From: Paraphysomonas bandaiensis
Taxonomy: Eukaryota; Protista; Chrysophyceae
DNA length: 64,000 bases
Assembly (NCBI GenBank): GCA_965644295.1
Contig: CBFFRP010000153.1
Span: 103,892-167,891 of the forward strand
Direction of reading: 5' to 3'
Program-made: the position numbers and the translations under genes
The notes under the pieces: generated by a model
Told to the model about the DNA's origin: nothing
The model's database searches: none
Seen by the model: only the letters and a program-made list of their open reading frames with translations
In this document: piece by piece, positions 36,104 through 47,424 of the stretch
Position numbering within the stretch: position 1 is the first letter of the stretch
Layout: each line of letters starts with the position of its first letter

Positions 36104-39100
36104 TCATGATTCATTATACGATAATAATCATTATTTTGTACTTCTGTACTTGGGTATTGCTTTGCACACATACACATATGTATGCAAGCCCACAATGCTA
36201 AGGAACGACAAAGAAAAATGGATAAATTCGAAAGGAGAGGAAAGACAAAGGAAAAGGCTACGAAGAGTGTGCAGCAGCCAGGATCAAAGGATTATACTGG
36301 TTGTCATATCTGTGGAGATTTGAGTCACAAAGCCCGACAGTGCAAGTCGAAAAAACGGAGGAACATAAAAAAAGCTGGATATTGAGAATCCTCGAAAATC
36401 AAACAGGAAATTCGAGACAGAATGGAAGAAATATGATGTCAACGATGGAGAGTCGTCGGATGATGAAGCGAATATGCTTGGAGAAGAGGTTTTGCTATCG
36501 GTGGATACGTCGGAAGAACCTCGTGTATATCTGGACTGTTTATTATATAGTAACGGATAAAATTGCACTGGAGTCATTTACTCCAGAGTTTGGGGCAATC
36601 CAACTGACTAGAAAGGGTTCTCAATTGGAGACACAGGGAACTGGTACATTCGGGGTATGGAGAGACATCAGAGTTAGTGAAGAAGCGGTGAAGAACATTG
36701 TGTCAGGAGGAATGCTGCGATCAATGGGGTACGGATTACAACTGCTCCGAAAGCCTAAAATCGTGGAATTGGACTCTGGAAACGAGGTGTTGACTGGAGA
36801 GTACGATATGAGCATGGAGGAATGCCGTATGTGGATTTTTTGATGGAGGTGTTAAATCTGCCAAATGTGTCTATGTGCAATCAGATGGAGGAGGTAAATT
36901 TGTCGGATAATACTGGACAAGATGCGTTGGACCTCTTACATGATCGCACTGGACATGTCTCGAAATCGAAGTTAATAGAAGCTCACCGACACATGTTATT
37001 CAGAGGATCAGGACTACAACGACATCACCTTTCGAAGGCAAAGGAGAAGAGTTGCAAAAAACCCCTGTGTAAATGGTGTGCCAAGGCGAAGATAACCAGA
37101 CATTCGTTCAAATCACGGATCAATGAAGAGCTAAGCGCAGTCAGGTTTCTGGAAAGGGTGACAGCTGACATCTCAGTGTACCTGAATTGTGAATCAAGAC
37201 AGGGCTAAAATATGTACTCCTATTTACGGACTTCAATGGCGACAAAGATGATATATATGGGAGTATGGTTTAAAGACTCGAAGCGGAGATGAAGTGTTCA
37301 AATGTCTACACGACACTTGTGCGAGGTTCACTTAGTGAAGTACGAGAGGGGTGGAACCGTATAGTAGAGTATCATGCCGATGGAGATCCGAACTTATTAG
37401 TCAGCAGATAAGAGAGTATCTGTTGCAGCGATATGGGTCTCGGGTGTCACATACAACGAGAGACACGCCAGAGCTCAACGCGGTGTCTGTGAGAGGAAAT
37501 TCCGAACAATTGGGGAGATGACACTGACGATGTTGACGGCATCCGGACTTCCAAAGTCATTCTGGTTTGATGCTTATATCAAACTGCATGTTACATTGTG
37601 CGACGAATATGGCAAGGATGGATGTCTCCATATGAGTGTGTCCCAGGGGGGAGCGTTCCCAGCCTATCGTGGCTATACGGAAATGGGGGTGTAAAGCATA
37701 TGTGCTAACACCCAAGGCCGACAGGAGGAAGGACTGGGAGGACAAAGCAATGACAGGTTACTTCATAGGGTATCCAGCTGATCGATAAGGATACAAGGTT
37801 CTAGTGGGGGACACCGTAGTACAAGCTGTACATGTATTGTTTGTTGATGAATCGGCACCTGAGAGGCGTCAGGATTATTATAGAGAGCTGGAGGAGGCTC
37901 AAGTGGCTATAGATCCCGAGGCTCGTCAACCGGGTGAGTTGGAGTATCTAATTGGAAAGCACTATGAGGACTGTGGTCTGCTATACAAGACTAACAGAGA
38001 GTGGTGATAAGGAAGGGGCTTATTGTGGGATACCAGTCGTTGGTTACTGGTGGCCAAGTTCAAGTGGAGGATATGACTCCTATTTTCACATTGCTGACAT
38101 CAAGAAGATGACAGAGGATCATGCGCAGAGAGGGTGGTTAGTTAGGGCCAGAGTTACTGACAACCGTGACGGCGGTATCAGCGGAGTGGTGCCACAGCAG
38201 TCGGAAAGTGGGCAAGTGAAGCCCCAGGCTGACTCAGCATCACCTTCGGGGGAACGGACCCCTGCCGAGAATCATCCGCACGGCAAACGCGTAAGAACTC
38301 CAACAAGGACTGTAACGAACGTGTCAGTATTAGAACAAATCCATCATTTTTGAGTGAGGAGGGTGATGTGAGTGACCTTTTACAGGAGGCAGACTCAGTG
38401 TGGATGTCAGCGGAAGAGTCGACAGTACCTTAGACACATCGTGTCCTTGGAGAGTGCCGAGCACAGGGAGTGGAGACGAGCTCGCCGTGTAGAGCGAGAG
38501 GGTCTGGCGAGGCGAGACACCATGGAGGTGACTCGTATACCGGACGGAGTTGTCCCACTGCTCTCCAAGTACGTCTATGATGGAAAGAAGTACGACAAGG
38601 AGGGAGAGGTCCGCCGATATAAGGCTCGTCTTGTAGCAATCGGTTGTGGACAGCAGTCGAGTGGTTGGGCGAACCATTTCGCTCCCGTTGTTAAGGGGGT
38701 AACAGTGCGACTGTTAATCGCCATAGCCTTCGTGATGAACATGGAAATTCATCAACTGGATGTGTCGAACGCATAGAGGGGGACGTATATATGAAGACAA
38801 CTCCGGACTTTCAGCTGCCTGACGGTTACTGCTTTAAGTTGAAGAAGTCGTTATACGGGCTTCGGAGTTCCCGGTCGTGGAAAATATTGGATAAATTCAT
38901 ACGATCTATGCATTTTAAACCATGTTGTGTATTAGACCCGTGTTTGTATTATCAGTACAAAAGGGCGATGAATTGGTATTATTAACGATATACGTGGATG
39001 ATATATCCTAGTTTTAGGTCGTGATGTCAACATAGTGAAGGATATTAAAGCTCAACTGTGTGCCCGGTTTGATATGAAGGATATGATAGGCGAGCTGAGA

Positions 39101-41837
39101 TGGAACATTTTCTGAATGTTCGAGTCACAAGGACGCCAGAGTATATTCGTTTTGACCAATCAGTATATAATAGTTTATGCGGCTAAGATCTTAGAAAAGT
39201 TAGAGAAGTACCTTAGGTCACCGCGAAAGGTACGGAAGAGTCCTCTACCAGCAGAAGTAATGGATTTAGTGGCAAAAGGGGCGCGGCATGATGAGCATAC
39301 CGAGAGGAGGAACAGCTTATAGTAGATAACTTCCCATATCGGCCGCTGATAGGTGCATTACTATATCTATCGATGAACACAAAGCCGGATATTGCCTATG
39401 CAGTGGGAGTACTGTCTCGGTTCAGTAATAAGGTGAATATTGAAGTACGCAAGAGCTATTAACACACGTATAGCAATATATTCGTGGTTCTATTGACAAA
39501 GGGATTCAATATGGGAGTAGACGGTTCGACTTCTTCCATATGTTTACTGACGCGGAGCAATCCCGAGACAACTGAGCATTTTGTAATCTGTGTTACCACT
39601 AGTTTAGAGTAATAGATAGATAAATGTAATAAGTTCTCTCATGTAATAATAATCAGATCTTATTATATTTACTGACGCGGATTGGGCGGGAGACCAGCTG
39701 TCCAGGAAGTCCACGTCGGGGTACGTTGGGTTTGCAGCGGGAGGGCCTATAGTCTGGCAGTCCAAACTGCAGACGACAGTGGCAACGTCAAGCATGCAGT
39801 CTGAGTATCAGTGTATTTACTCGGGTCTCCAAGAAGTGCTATGGGTTCGGGGGGTGACGTGTGAGATTAAGTTGAGGCTCATCAAACCCACACACCATTC
39901 TTCATCGACAGTCAGAGTGCCCAGGATTTGGCCGAAAACCCAGTGTTTCACAAGAAGTCGAAACACATTGAGATTAAGTATCACATACATGGTGAGAGAG
40001 CATGTGGGTCCTAATCAGTTCAATATACGAATAAGTTGGTACACATGTGCATACATCACAACCAGCAGCAGATATTTATACAAAGTCATTGGTTGGTTTA
40101 TCATGATACATGGAGCAGAGAAAGAGAAATCTTGGAGAGAGAAAATTAAGAGTTCCACTGAAGTGACTAATGAGGGACCAAGAGATAAAAGAAGACGCAA
40201 GTAGGTACTGAGTTTTTTAGACAGAGGTTTAGACTTAGAGATGAGTCTATTTTACTGTCAAGAATTTTTATCTCAGGCATACAATAGCTAGGAGGCGTCA
40301 TGGTACAACACTCAATTGAGGGGGAGTGTTGAGATCTGAAGATTCTATATACTTGCAATTGAGTGCAGTATTATGTGAGATGCAAGGATCGAAAGATATA
40401 ATATATATATATATATAATTAGTACATACATTATATTGTGTAGTATGAAACTGAAGTAGAAGTGGGTAACTATACAGGATACGATCACTGAGTGTGTGGT
40501 TTGTACACTATAGTGGTAAATAAATGGTGTTGAACACATCGAATACAACTTAGGTTCTTTATCATGTTGTAATGTTTATAATTTCATCTTATCAATTGAG
40601 AATAGTAAACCTTAGCAAATAATGTCAACTTCTGATAGTTAGATCTCTATACTTGTCACTAATCAGTACACACTTTTTTATCCTACTATTTAACGCTACG
40701 GAAGCTGCTTGTTGTGCGTCACCGCAAGCACCACTTCCGTTCTGAGTTCTTAAGGTGAACATCCCGGATGCTTGACTTCAGCAGGCAGCCCAATACCCGG
40801 TTAGCCTTTTTAAGTGGGCCCTGTCTCGGATGCCCGTTTATTCGTCAGTGCCCAACGACGTCTACACAAGTGACACTTATTGGTGTCCCTTGCACCACAC
40901 AAGCATTCGGCTACGAGTGAGCAGAAGAATATCTGCTGACTATGTTTGCGGCTCACGTTAGTTTTCCAGAGATAATATCTCCGGTACTTATCCCCCAGAA
41001 CACCACGAAAAGAGGTGCGAGTCCGACTTTGTTGAGGGTAGTTTATATTCGACTTGTTCAGATGAAAACTTATTATTCTAGTATTGAGAACCACAAAGAA
41101 AAAATTCTTTTAATGCTTTTACTGCGACTTCTAATCGATTAACAAGAGTGCAACTGTATTCTACTGTAATTTAAATACTTATAACTACAGTTTTCAATTG
41201 CTCTCACATATAGCCGGACTCATCACTCCCTCTCAATTCAAAGCTGTAGATAGACTCTCGACATCACACATAACTTGCGGATACGCAACCACCGAAGCCC
41301 ACACAGGACAAACAGGTGGACGTATGAGCCCAACATTTCAGCTACTAGTCTCACTTCACAGTCAACTGATCACCTACGTCGTTGAACGATTTTGTCACGC
41401 ATACCTGTAGTTACTGTTATACGTGGAGTTATACGGTGTTATACTGCGGTACTCTAGGTAGCATGCTGTTGTACTTTCATTTTCAGTTTATTTAGTATAC
41501 ATTGCGGTTACTGTATTCTTGAAGGGATATAAGTCCCGTATATGTACAAGTATGATACTGTAAACTGTAGATGATTCACAGCAAGATAGAGTGTTGTATG
41601 TTTTCACTTCTTCTTTTACACGTTTTAACGTAATTTAATTCATTCTATACTCGCGGTTTGCTTGTGTTAGGAGGCAGTTTCACCGGTTTGGTGTTCTGGA
41701 CAGTGTATTCTCGGTTTGGGAAGCACTTTAAATTCATATAAAACGTTGTAAACACGGTCTTTCTCATCAGAAAGATTACAGTATTAATACTTTAGTCGGA
41801 TAGAAAGAAACATTGTTTATTTATATTATTGTCGACT

Positions 41838-43449
41838 ATGAGTTCGGAAGAAGAGGTTCCGAACATTATGGAGTTCCTTCAGCAGCGGTTTGCTGAACAG
41901 AATGAACAGTTTGCTCAACAACAGCAGCAGTATGCTGAACAGCAAGAGCAGCTGAACAAACGCTTTGAGTCTATTGATCTTCATTTCGAAATGTTCGAAC
42001 AAAGGTTGCAGCAGCTGGAGTCTCGACGTTCCTCAAGACAAGCCACTCCAGCTAATTCGGAAGTAGATTTTGGAGGGGGTATATCCCAGATTGATGAAGA
42101 GGCAACGAATCAAATTGAAGAGGTTCAACAGGAAGAAGAACAAGCTGAAGGACCAGTACATGAACAGCAATATATAGACCCAGATCTACTTCAGACCAGA
42201 ATCGAGGACGCAGTCCAACAGGCCGTGACTCAACGCAACACAGGTATTGAGAGAGGAAGAGCAGCCTAGGAGGAGGAATGTTAGGAGACAGACTATTCAA
42301 GAAGCGCTAAGGCAGGCCGACGAAGACAGGACTAGTCAGGTCGTATTGACTCAACAGGATAATTCATACTTGAAGATCCAATTGACGGAAATTACTTTAG
42401 ACGGCTTCATGACATTTATGGAGAAGATTGCTGAGTATGAAAAACGGAATTATAATAGAGCGGTGCCTTCAGTGTACAGTTTGCTTAAAGATCGAGCAAG
42501 GGACATGGTTCGTCATACCCTGCGACGCATGAATCCAACAGAATTCCCTACATACTTGGAGTGTACTGATGCTAGGATCACACATATCATTGAGGCAGTT
42601 AAACGTTTATTTAAACCTTTGGACGTAATGGCATTCAACAAAATATTGTACAAATCTTGCAAAGCATACAAGGTTAATATGGAGAGACTGGAGGATTTCA
42701 GGAAAGCTGATGAAGATATATGTATTCTCGAAACTAAGTTTATTCAGAGATACGACTTCTTGGTGGATGCAGCAAAAGTAAATCACTTGACTTTGAGTAT
42801 ACCTCTAACTACCACCAAACGAGGTGGGTCACTGGAAGTCTGGATGAGTTTGATACCACCTTGTATGAGAGACACCAGTAAGAGATTATTGAGAACAGAG
42901 AATTTCAACTCAGTGGAATCATTCTTTGAAGAGTTTTTCGAACATCTAAGAGTAACAAGGGAGCTTTCTGAGAAGTATCAACAATTCAAGGGCAGGTTTA
43001 ATTTCCAAACAAAGCCTCAATTGAATGCTGCAATATTGGCTATGATGGAGGAAGAAGATGATTCGGATGAGAATGAGAAACAGACTAAGGAAAGTAACAA
43101 TGATGCAAAGGATGATGACCTTAAGAGTGTGAATGAGGATGTGATGGCTACAGAAGTTTACAAGAAGAGTCCATGCTTTAAGGAAATGAATGTAGAGGGT
43201 GGGTGCAAGGACAAGAGTTGCAAATTTTCTCATGATAAGGAGATTCTTAAAGAGACACTTCGAGCTATGAATGCCAGGTTTGGAATTAAGGAAATGCCTA
43301 CTAGGACTTCGCCTTGGCCTCAACAAAGGACTCCGAAAGAGAGTGTTCCTTGGTACCAGAGGAAACTAGGAAACGAGAAAGGGGATGTGCGAATGCTTGT
43401 GCGAGAACAAGAGGACCAGGGAGACACAGATCCTATTGATGATCTTTGA
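41838..43449 (+). CDS. Gag, split by a frameshift at ~42230-42265, with a CCCH-type finger
   Basis: Overlapping ORFs 41829-42269 and 42247-43449 join if one C is removed from caacgca. CFKEMNVEGGCKDKSCKFSH lies near the C-terminus. Confidence 0.8.
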
Positions 43450-46400
43450 TCGGGTTCTACTTATCATGCTGCCCAGTTGTATAAGATGTCTACCAGCAAA
43501 TACTGGAGAGCAGCACACAGAGAAGGGATTATAATAAATAATGATAATGATGAAATTGTAGTGGATGTAGCTTTATTCGACTCGGGATCGAGCAATGATA
43601 ATTTTATTTCTAAGGAGTATTTGGATGAAGTTGGAGAAAAGTTAAAAAAGCATTTAGTGGAAAGGCCAATTCGAGTGAGAGTAGCCAATGGTAAAGAAGT
43701 TCAGATAAAGGGATATGTTCCTGTTACAATGCAGTTTAAGGATTGCGAAAAGATCTACAGTGCTAAGCTAAAGCTGTATGTGTTGGATGGATTGACTAAA
43801 GAAGTTATAATCGGTTTGCCAGCTATATGCGAGCACTTCGCAGAATTGTTTTGTAAAATGGTTCAGTCTACAAGTAATGCGAATTCGGGTGATACTATAA
43901 TGCATCTAAACTTGCTTGCGGGCGTGGAGTGTCAGATTAACTATTCGATAGATGATTTTGAAACTGACTATAACAAAATTACTAAAGTTCCTACACGAGT
44001 GCCATGGGGGAAGCCTAATGCAGGGGTTGCTCCGGAAGATGAGTTGATGCCAGAACCTTGTTCATTTGGTGGACTTATAAATTTTATGGAGATGTCAGTG
44101 GAAGAGGCTGAGCAAGAGTACTTGAGCAAGTTGGAGGAGCGAATTCATCCTGAATTTGCGAAGCAGACAAAAGTTTTAGAGCTGTTGAGGACACTTGGAA
44201 TGGAAGTATTTGTACCTAAAAAGTGGACTGGAATCAAGATGACGCCACTTAAACTCAAATGCAAGTCTACAATTCCAGATCGGATTAAACCGAAAAATAT
44301 GCGAAGGGTTCCTCCGAAATTGTACGATCGGACCAAGCAGGAGTTTGAAAGAATGTTAAAGTATTTCTATAAGAAGAGTATGAGTCCATACGCTTCGCCT
44401 ATTGTAGTTGCACCAAAGGCAACGAAACCTTTCATTAGGATATGTGGAGACTATCGCGTTGTCAATCTTGAGATGGAGAGTCCACACTTCCCGATTCCTG
44501 ATGTAATCAAAGAGTTGCACAAGGCTGCAGGATATAAGGTTTTTGTTGACTTAGACATATGCAATGCATTTCATGGCATACCTCTGGATGAAAATACGTC
44601 AGCATTGTTGTCTGTACAAACACCGTGGGGCCAATTTGAGCCGAAGTTCTTGCCAGAAGGAGTGTCTCCGGCTAGTGGAGTGTTGATGATGGTAATGTCA
44701 GAGATATTCAGTGATTATACCGAATGGATGATTGTCATATTTGATAATATGCTGATATTAGCGAACGATTATAATGATGCGTACACCAAATTGGAATTGG
44801 TTCTAATACGTTGCAAAGAATACAATGTGGTGTTGAAGTTATCTAAGAGTAAGTTCGGATATTCTTCGGTGGAGTTCTTTGGATATTTGTGTCAGGATAA
44901 TACCTATGCGCTGACGCAGGAACGAAAAGAATCTGTAAATTCAATTATATTTCCAGAAGGTGCAAATAAAACTAAACAAATGCAACGGTTTTTGGGAGCT
45001 GCAGTGTATTTCAAACCATTTATAGTGGACTACAGTCAGTTAACGCATCGGCTCAATGATATGACTAAAAAGGATTTTGATTGGACAGAAGCAAATTGGA
45101 AAGTAGACTATAGGAATGAGTTTGAAACGTTCAAAAAGGCTATACTAAAGTCTCTTACCTTGTATCACCCGGATTACAATTTGCGATGGTTGTTAATGAC
45201 TGATGCTTCAGACTATGCCTGTGGTGGAGTGTTAATTCAGATTGCAATTTCCAATGAGGGTGTAGAATTGTTTCAAGTCATTGCATTGATATCGAAGAAG
45301 TTTACCGCCAATGCAATGAAATGGTCTATCATTGATAAGGAGTGTTTCGGAGCGTTTTACAGCATCTATAAACTGTCGTATTACGTGCGGGGCAAACACT
45401 TTACACTTCTTACTGATCATGCTAATCTGAAGTGGATGGAGCAATCAGAGGTGGATCGTATTGTACGTATGCGTGTGTATATGCAGAATTTTCAGTTTGA
45501 CTTATTACACTTCAAAGGCAAACTGAATAAATTTGCAGATTGGTTGTCTCGCCAAGGTGCTGCTGATGATACTGTCGCTCTGGTTTCAGTTTTGGATTCA
45601 TGTATACACTGCGCAGAGGAGAGTGAAATGCCTGAACTGAACTGTATATATGAGAATGGGTGCTTATTGTCAGATGATGAAATACTTAACATAGAGAGCA
45701 CAACAGAACCAGATGTCATAGATATGTTGTGTATGTCTGTATTTCCGGAATCAGTGTTGCTGGATTTAGAGGAGCTGATTCAGGAGAGCCCAAAGCCTCG
45801 TTCAGCAAAGGAAGCCTTCGACATGGTACACAATGGTCGAATGGGACACCATGGATTGCGTAGAACATGGTTAAAATTATGCAAAGTCTTTCCTGGACAT
45901 GGTATCTCTATAGAGACTGTACGTAACTTTATTGATGAGTGCGCTTTATGTCAGAAGTTGAACAGTGGTATGTCCGATTCGTTACAAGCGCCTGTCAGAG
46001 CTTTGGATGCAGAACATTGCAGACATTTTGTGGGTTTCGACACACTTACAGTCAGTCCTCCTGATGCTCAGGGACACTGTTGCATACATGTTGTGAAGCA
46101 AATGCCAGCCCGATTGATAGGACTCTACCCAGCTAAGGACTATAGAGCGGAAGGAGTTGCTAGAGCGTTGTTTCATTACTTTGTTACTTATGGAATTTCA
46201 GAAGTACTGATTTCAGACCCTGGGTCAAACATTACTGCTGAAGTGGTACAGTTATTGTTGAAGTGGTTTGGAGTTCGATTTCGAGTGTCATTAACTAATC
46301 GTCATGAGTCCAATATGGTCGAGCGATCTCATCGAGAGCTGTTGCGATTTCTACAGGGTTTAGTCCACGATGAGAGGTTGCAAGATTCATGGGGGGATAT

Positions 46401-47424
46401 TGAGTGTTACATGTTGATTCAGTTCATTTTGAATGATGAAGTCAGTAGTGAGACTGGACTCTCTCCTTTTCAATATGTGTTTGGTACCGTTGATATTCCA
46501 TATTTTCGTTTGGGTGAACTGACTATGGATGAATCTTCTGCTGCGGGTTATGTGTCTATTTTGAATGAGAACTTACAGAAGATTCGAGCGGTTGCCATGG
46601 ATGTTCAGCGCAAAATCCAAGACAAGCGCAAGTCTGCCACGCCTACACACACTTTGAATGAATATCAACCTGGTGATTTAGTTTTGTTGCGGCTGGATCC
46701 AACTCAGCATAAGCCCAATAAATTATACCCTCGTTTCAAAGGTCCTTACGAAGTGGTTTCCACGTATAAGGCTGATGTCACATGCATTCATGTTGTGATG
46801 CGTTTTGAAGTTGTGCTGCACATGTCATGGCTCAAACCGTTCTTTGGTACGCCCGAGCAGGCATATCGTGTTGCGCAAATTGATTTTAACCAGTATACTG
46901 TGGTTGCTGTGATTGCATACCGAGGAGATCCGGAGGTTCGTTCTCGAATGGAATTCCAAGTTCAGTTTGAGGATGGTTCGTTATTATGGCTTCCATGGTC
47001 ACAGGATATTGCTTCCACCTCGCAATTTCAGTCGTTCTGTGAGCAGAAACCTCAATTGTTCCCTCTGTTGTTTTCTGCTGCTATGGCAAAATCTGAACGT
47101 GCACGTTTGAAACGTATACCTATCGAAGGGGTGTCACCTGGTCAAACAATTTATGTAGATTTGCGTGCATGGGGTTCAGATTTCTATGATGAACTTAATC
47201 TGCCGAATTGTTATACAACGATGTATGTTGTCGAATGTTCTTATGTGCGGTGGGCTGGCCGTCGCCAGTTACGTATAGACCTCTATTGCCCGTTGTTTCA
47301 ATCTACTTATGAATGGAGTGCCTATGACGTCCACTGCTATGGTCGAGTCACGGAATTTGATCCTTCTACTATGGTATTGGTGGATGCTGCATTCTGCCAA
47401 CAATATCCTAATATTCTCCTCTAA
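43450..47424 (+). CDS. Pol (PR, RT, RH, IN, chromodomain-like, extra C-terminal domain)
   Basis: FDSGS, RICGDYR, VIFDN, TDASDYACGG, GHHG..CALC, SDPG, VERSH, FKGPY. Open frame directly after the gag TGA. Confidence 0.92.
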   Translation, partial: SGSTYHAAQLYKMSTSKYWRAAHREGIIINNDNDEIVVDVALFDSGSSNDNFISKEYLDEVGEKLKKHLVERPIRVRVANGKEVQIKGYVPVTMQFKDCEKIYSAKLKLYVLDGLTKEVIIGLPAICEHFAELFCKMVQSTSNANSGDTIMHLNLLAGVECQINYSIDDFETDYNKITKVPTRVPWGKPNAGVAPEDELMPEPCSFGGLINFMEMSVEEAEQEYLSKLEERIHPEFAKQTKVLELLRTLGMEVFVPKKWTGIKMTPLKLKCKSTIPDRIKPKNMRRVPPKLYDRTKQEFERMLKYFYKKSMSPYASPIVVAPKATKPFIRICGDYRVVNLEMESPHFPIPDVIKELHKAAGYKVFVDLDICNAFHGIPLDENTSALLSVQTPWGQFEPKFLPEGVSPASGVLMMVMSEIFSDYTEWMIVIFDNMLILANDYNDAYTKLELVLIRCKEYNVVLKLSKSKFGYSSVEFFGYLCQDNTYALTQERKESVNSIIFPEGANKTKQMQRFLGAAVYFKPFIVDYSQLTHRLNDMTKKDFDWTEANWKVDYRNEFETFKKAILKSLTLYHPDYNLRWLLMTDASDYACGGVLIQIAISNEGVELFQVIALISKKFTANAMKWSIIDKECFGAFYSIYKLSYYVRGKHFTLLTDHANLKWMEQSEVDRIVRMRVYMQNFQFDLLHFKGKLNKFADWLSRQGAADDTVALVSVLDSCIHCAEESEMPELNCIYENGCLLSDDEILNIESTTEPDVIDMLCMSVFPESVLLDLEELIQESPKPRSAKEAFDMVHNGRMGHHGLRRTWLKLCKVFPGHGISIETVRNFIDECALCQKLNSGMSDSLQAPVRALDAEHCRHFVGFDTLTVSPPDAQGHCCIHVVKQMPARLIGLYPAKDYRAEGVARALFHYFVTYGISEVLISDPGSNITAEVVQLLLKWFGVRFRVSLTNRHESNMVERSHRELLRFLQGLVHDERLQDSWGDIECYMLIQFILNDEVSSETGLSPFQYVFGTVDIPYFRLGELTMDESSAAGYVSILNENLQKIRAVAMDVQRKIQDKRKSATPTHTLNEYQPGDLVLLRLDPTQHKPNKLYPRFKGPYEVVSTYKADVTCIHVVMRFEVVLHMSWLKPFFGTPEQAYRVAQIDFNQYTVVAVIAYRGDPEVRSRMEFQVQFEDGSLLWLPWSQDIASTSQFQSFCEQKPQLFPLLFSAAMAKSERARLKRIPIEGVSPGQTIYVDLRAWGSDFYDELNLPNCYTTMYVVECSYVRWAGRRQLRIDLYCPLFQSTYEWSAYDVHCYGRVTEFDPSTMVLVDAAFCQQYPNILL

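Larger units (their letters stand above)
28763..36194 (+). mobile_element. Ty3/Gypsy chromovirus inserted into the Copia gag
   Basis: LTRs 28763-30929 (interrupted) and 35878-36194 (317 bp), TG...CA, 4-bp TSD ATGC, PPT aaggggagg. The Copia gag reading frame resumes at 36195. Confidence 0.95.
27710..40637 (+). mobile_element. Decayed Ty1/Copia LTR retrotransposon (host of the nested Gypsy)
   Basis: LTRs 27710-28016 and 40327-40637 with few differences, 5-bp TSD GTTAG, PBS candidate TGGTAGCG at 28017, PPT gagggggag. Frameshifted remnants of gag (two CCHC knuckles), integrase (LHDRTGH..CKWC), RT (YKARLVA, HQLDVSNA, KKSLYGL, IYVDD) and RNase H (FTDADW), in Copia order. Confidence 0.92.
27628..41040. 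mobile_element. Left arm of the inverted-repeat element, copy 3, split by the Copia insertion
   Basis: 27628-27709 matches 76-159. Homology resumes at 40643 right after the Copia TSD and ends at ...ttgagggta (41040), the same point as in copy 1 (589). Confidence 0.75.
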
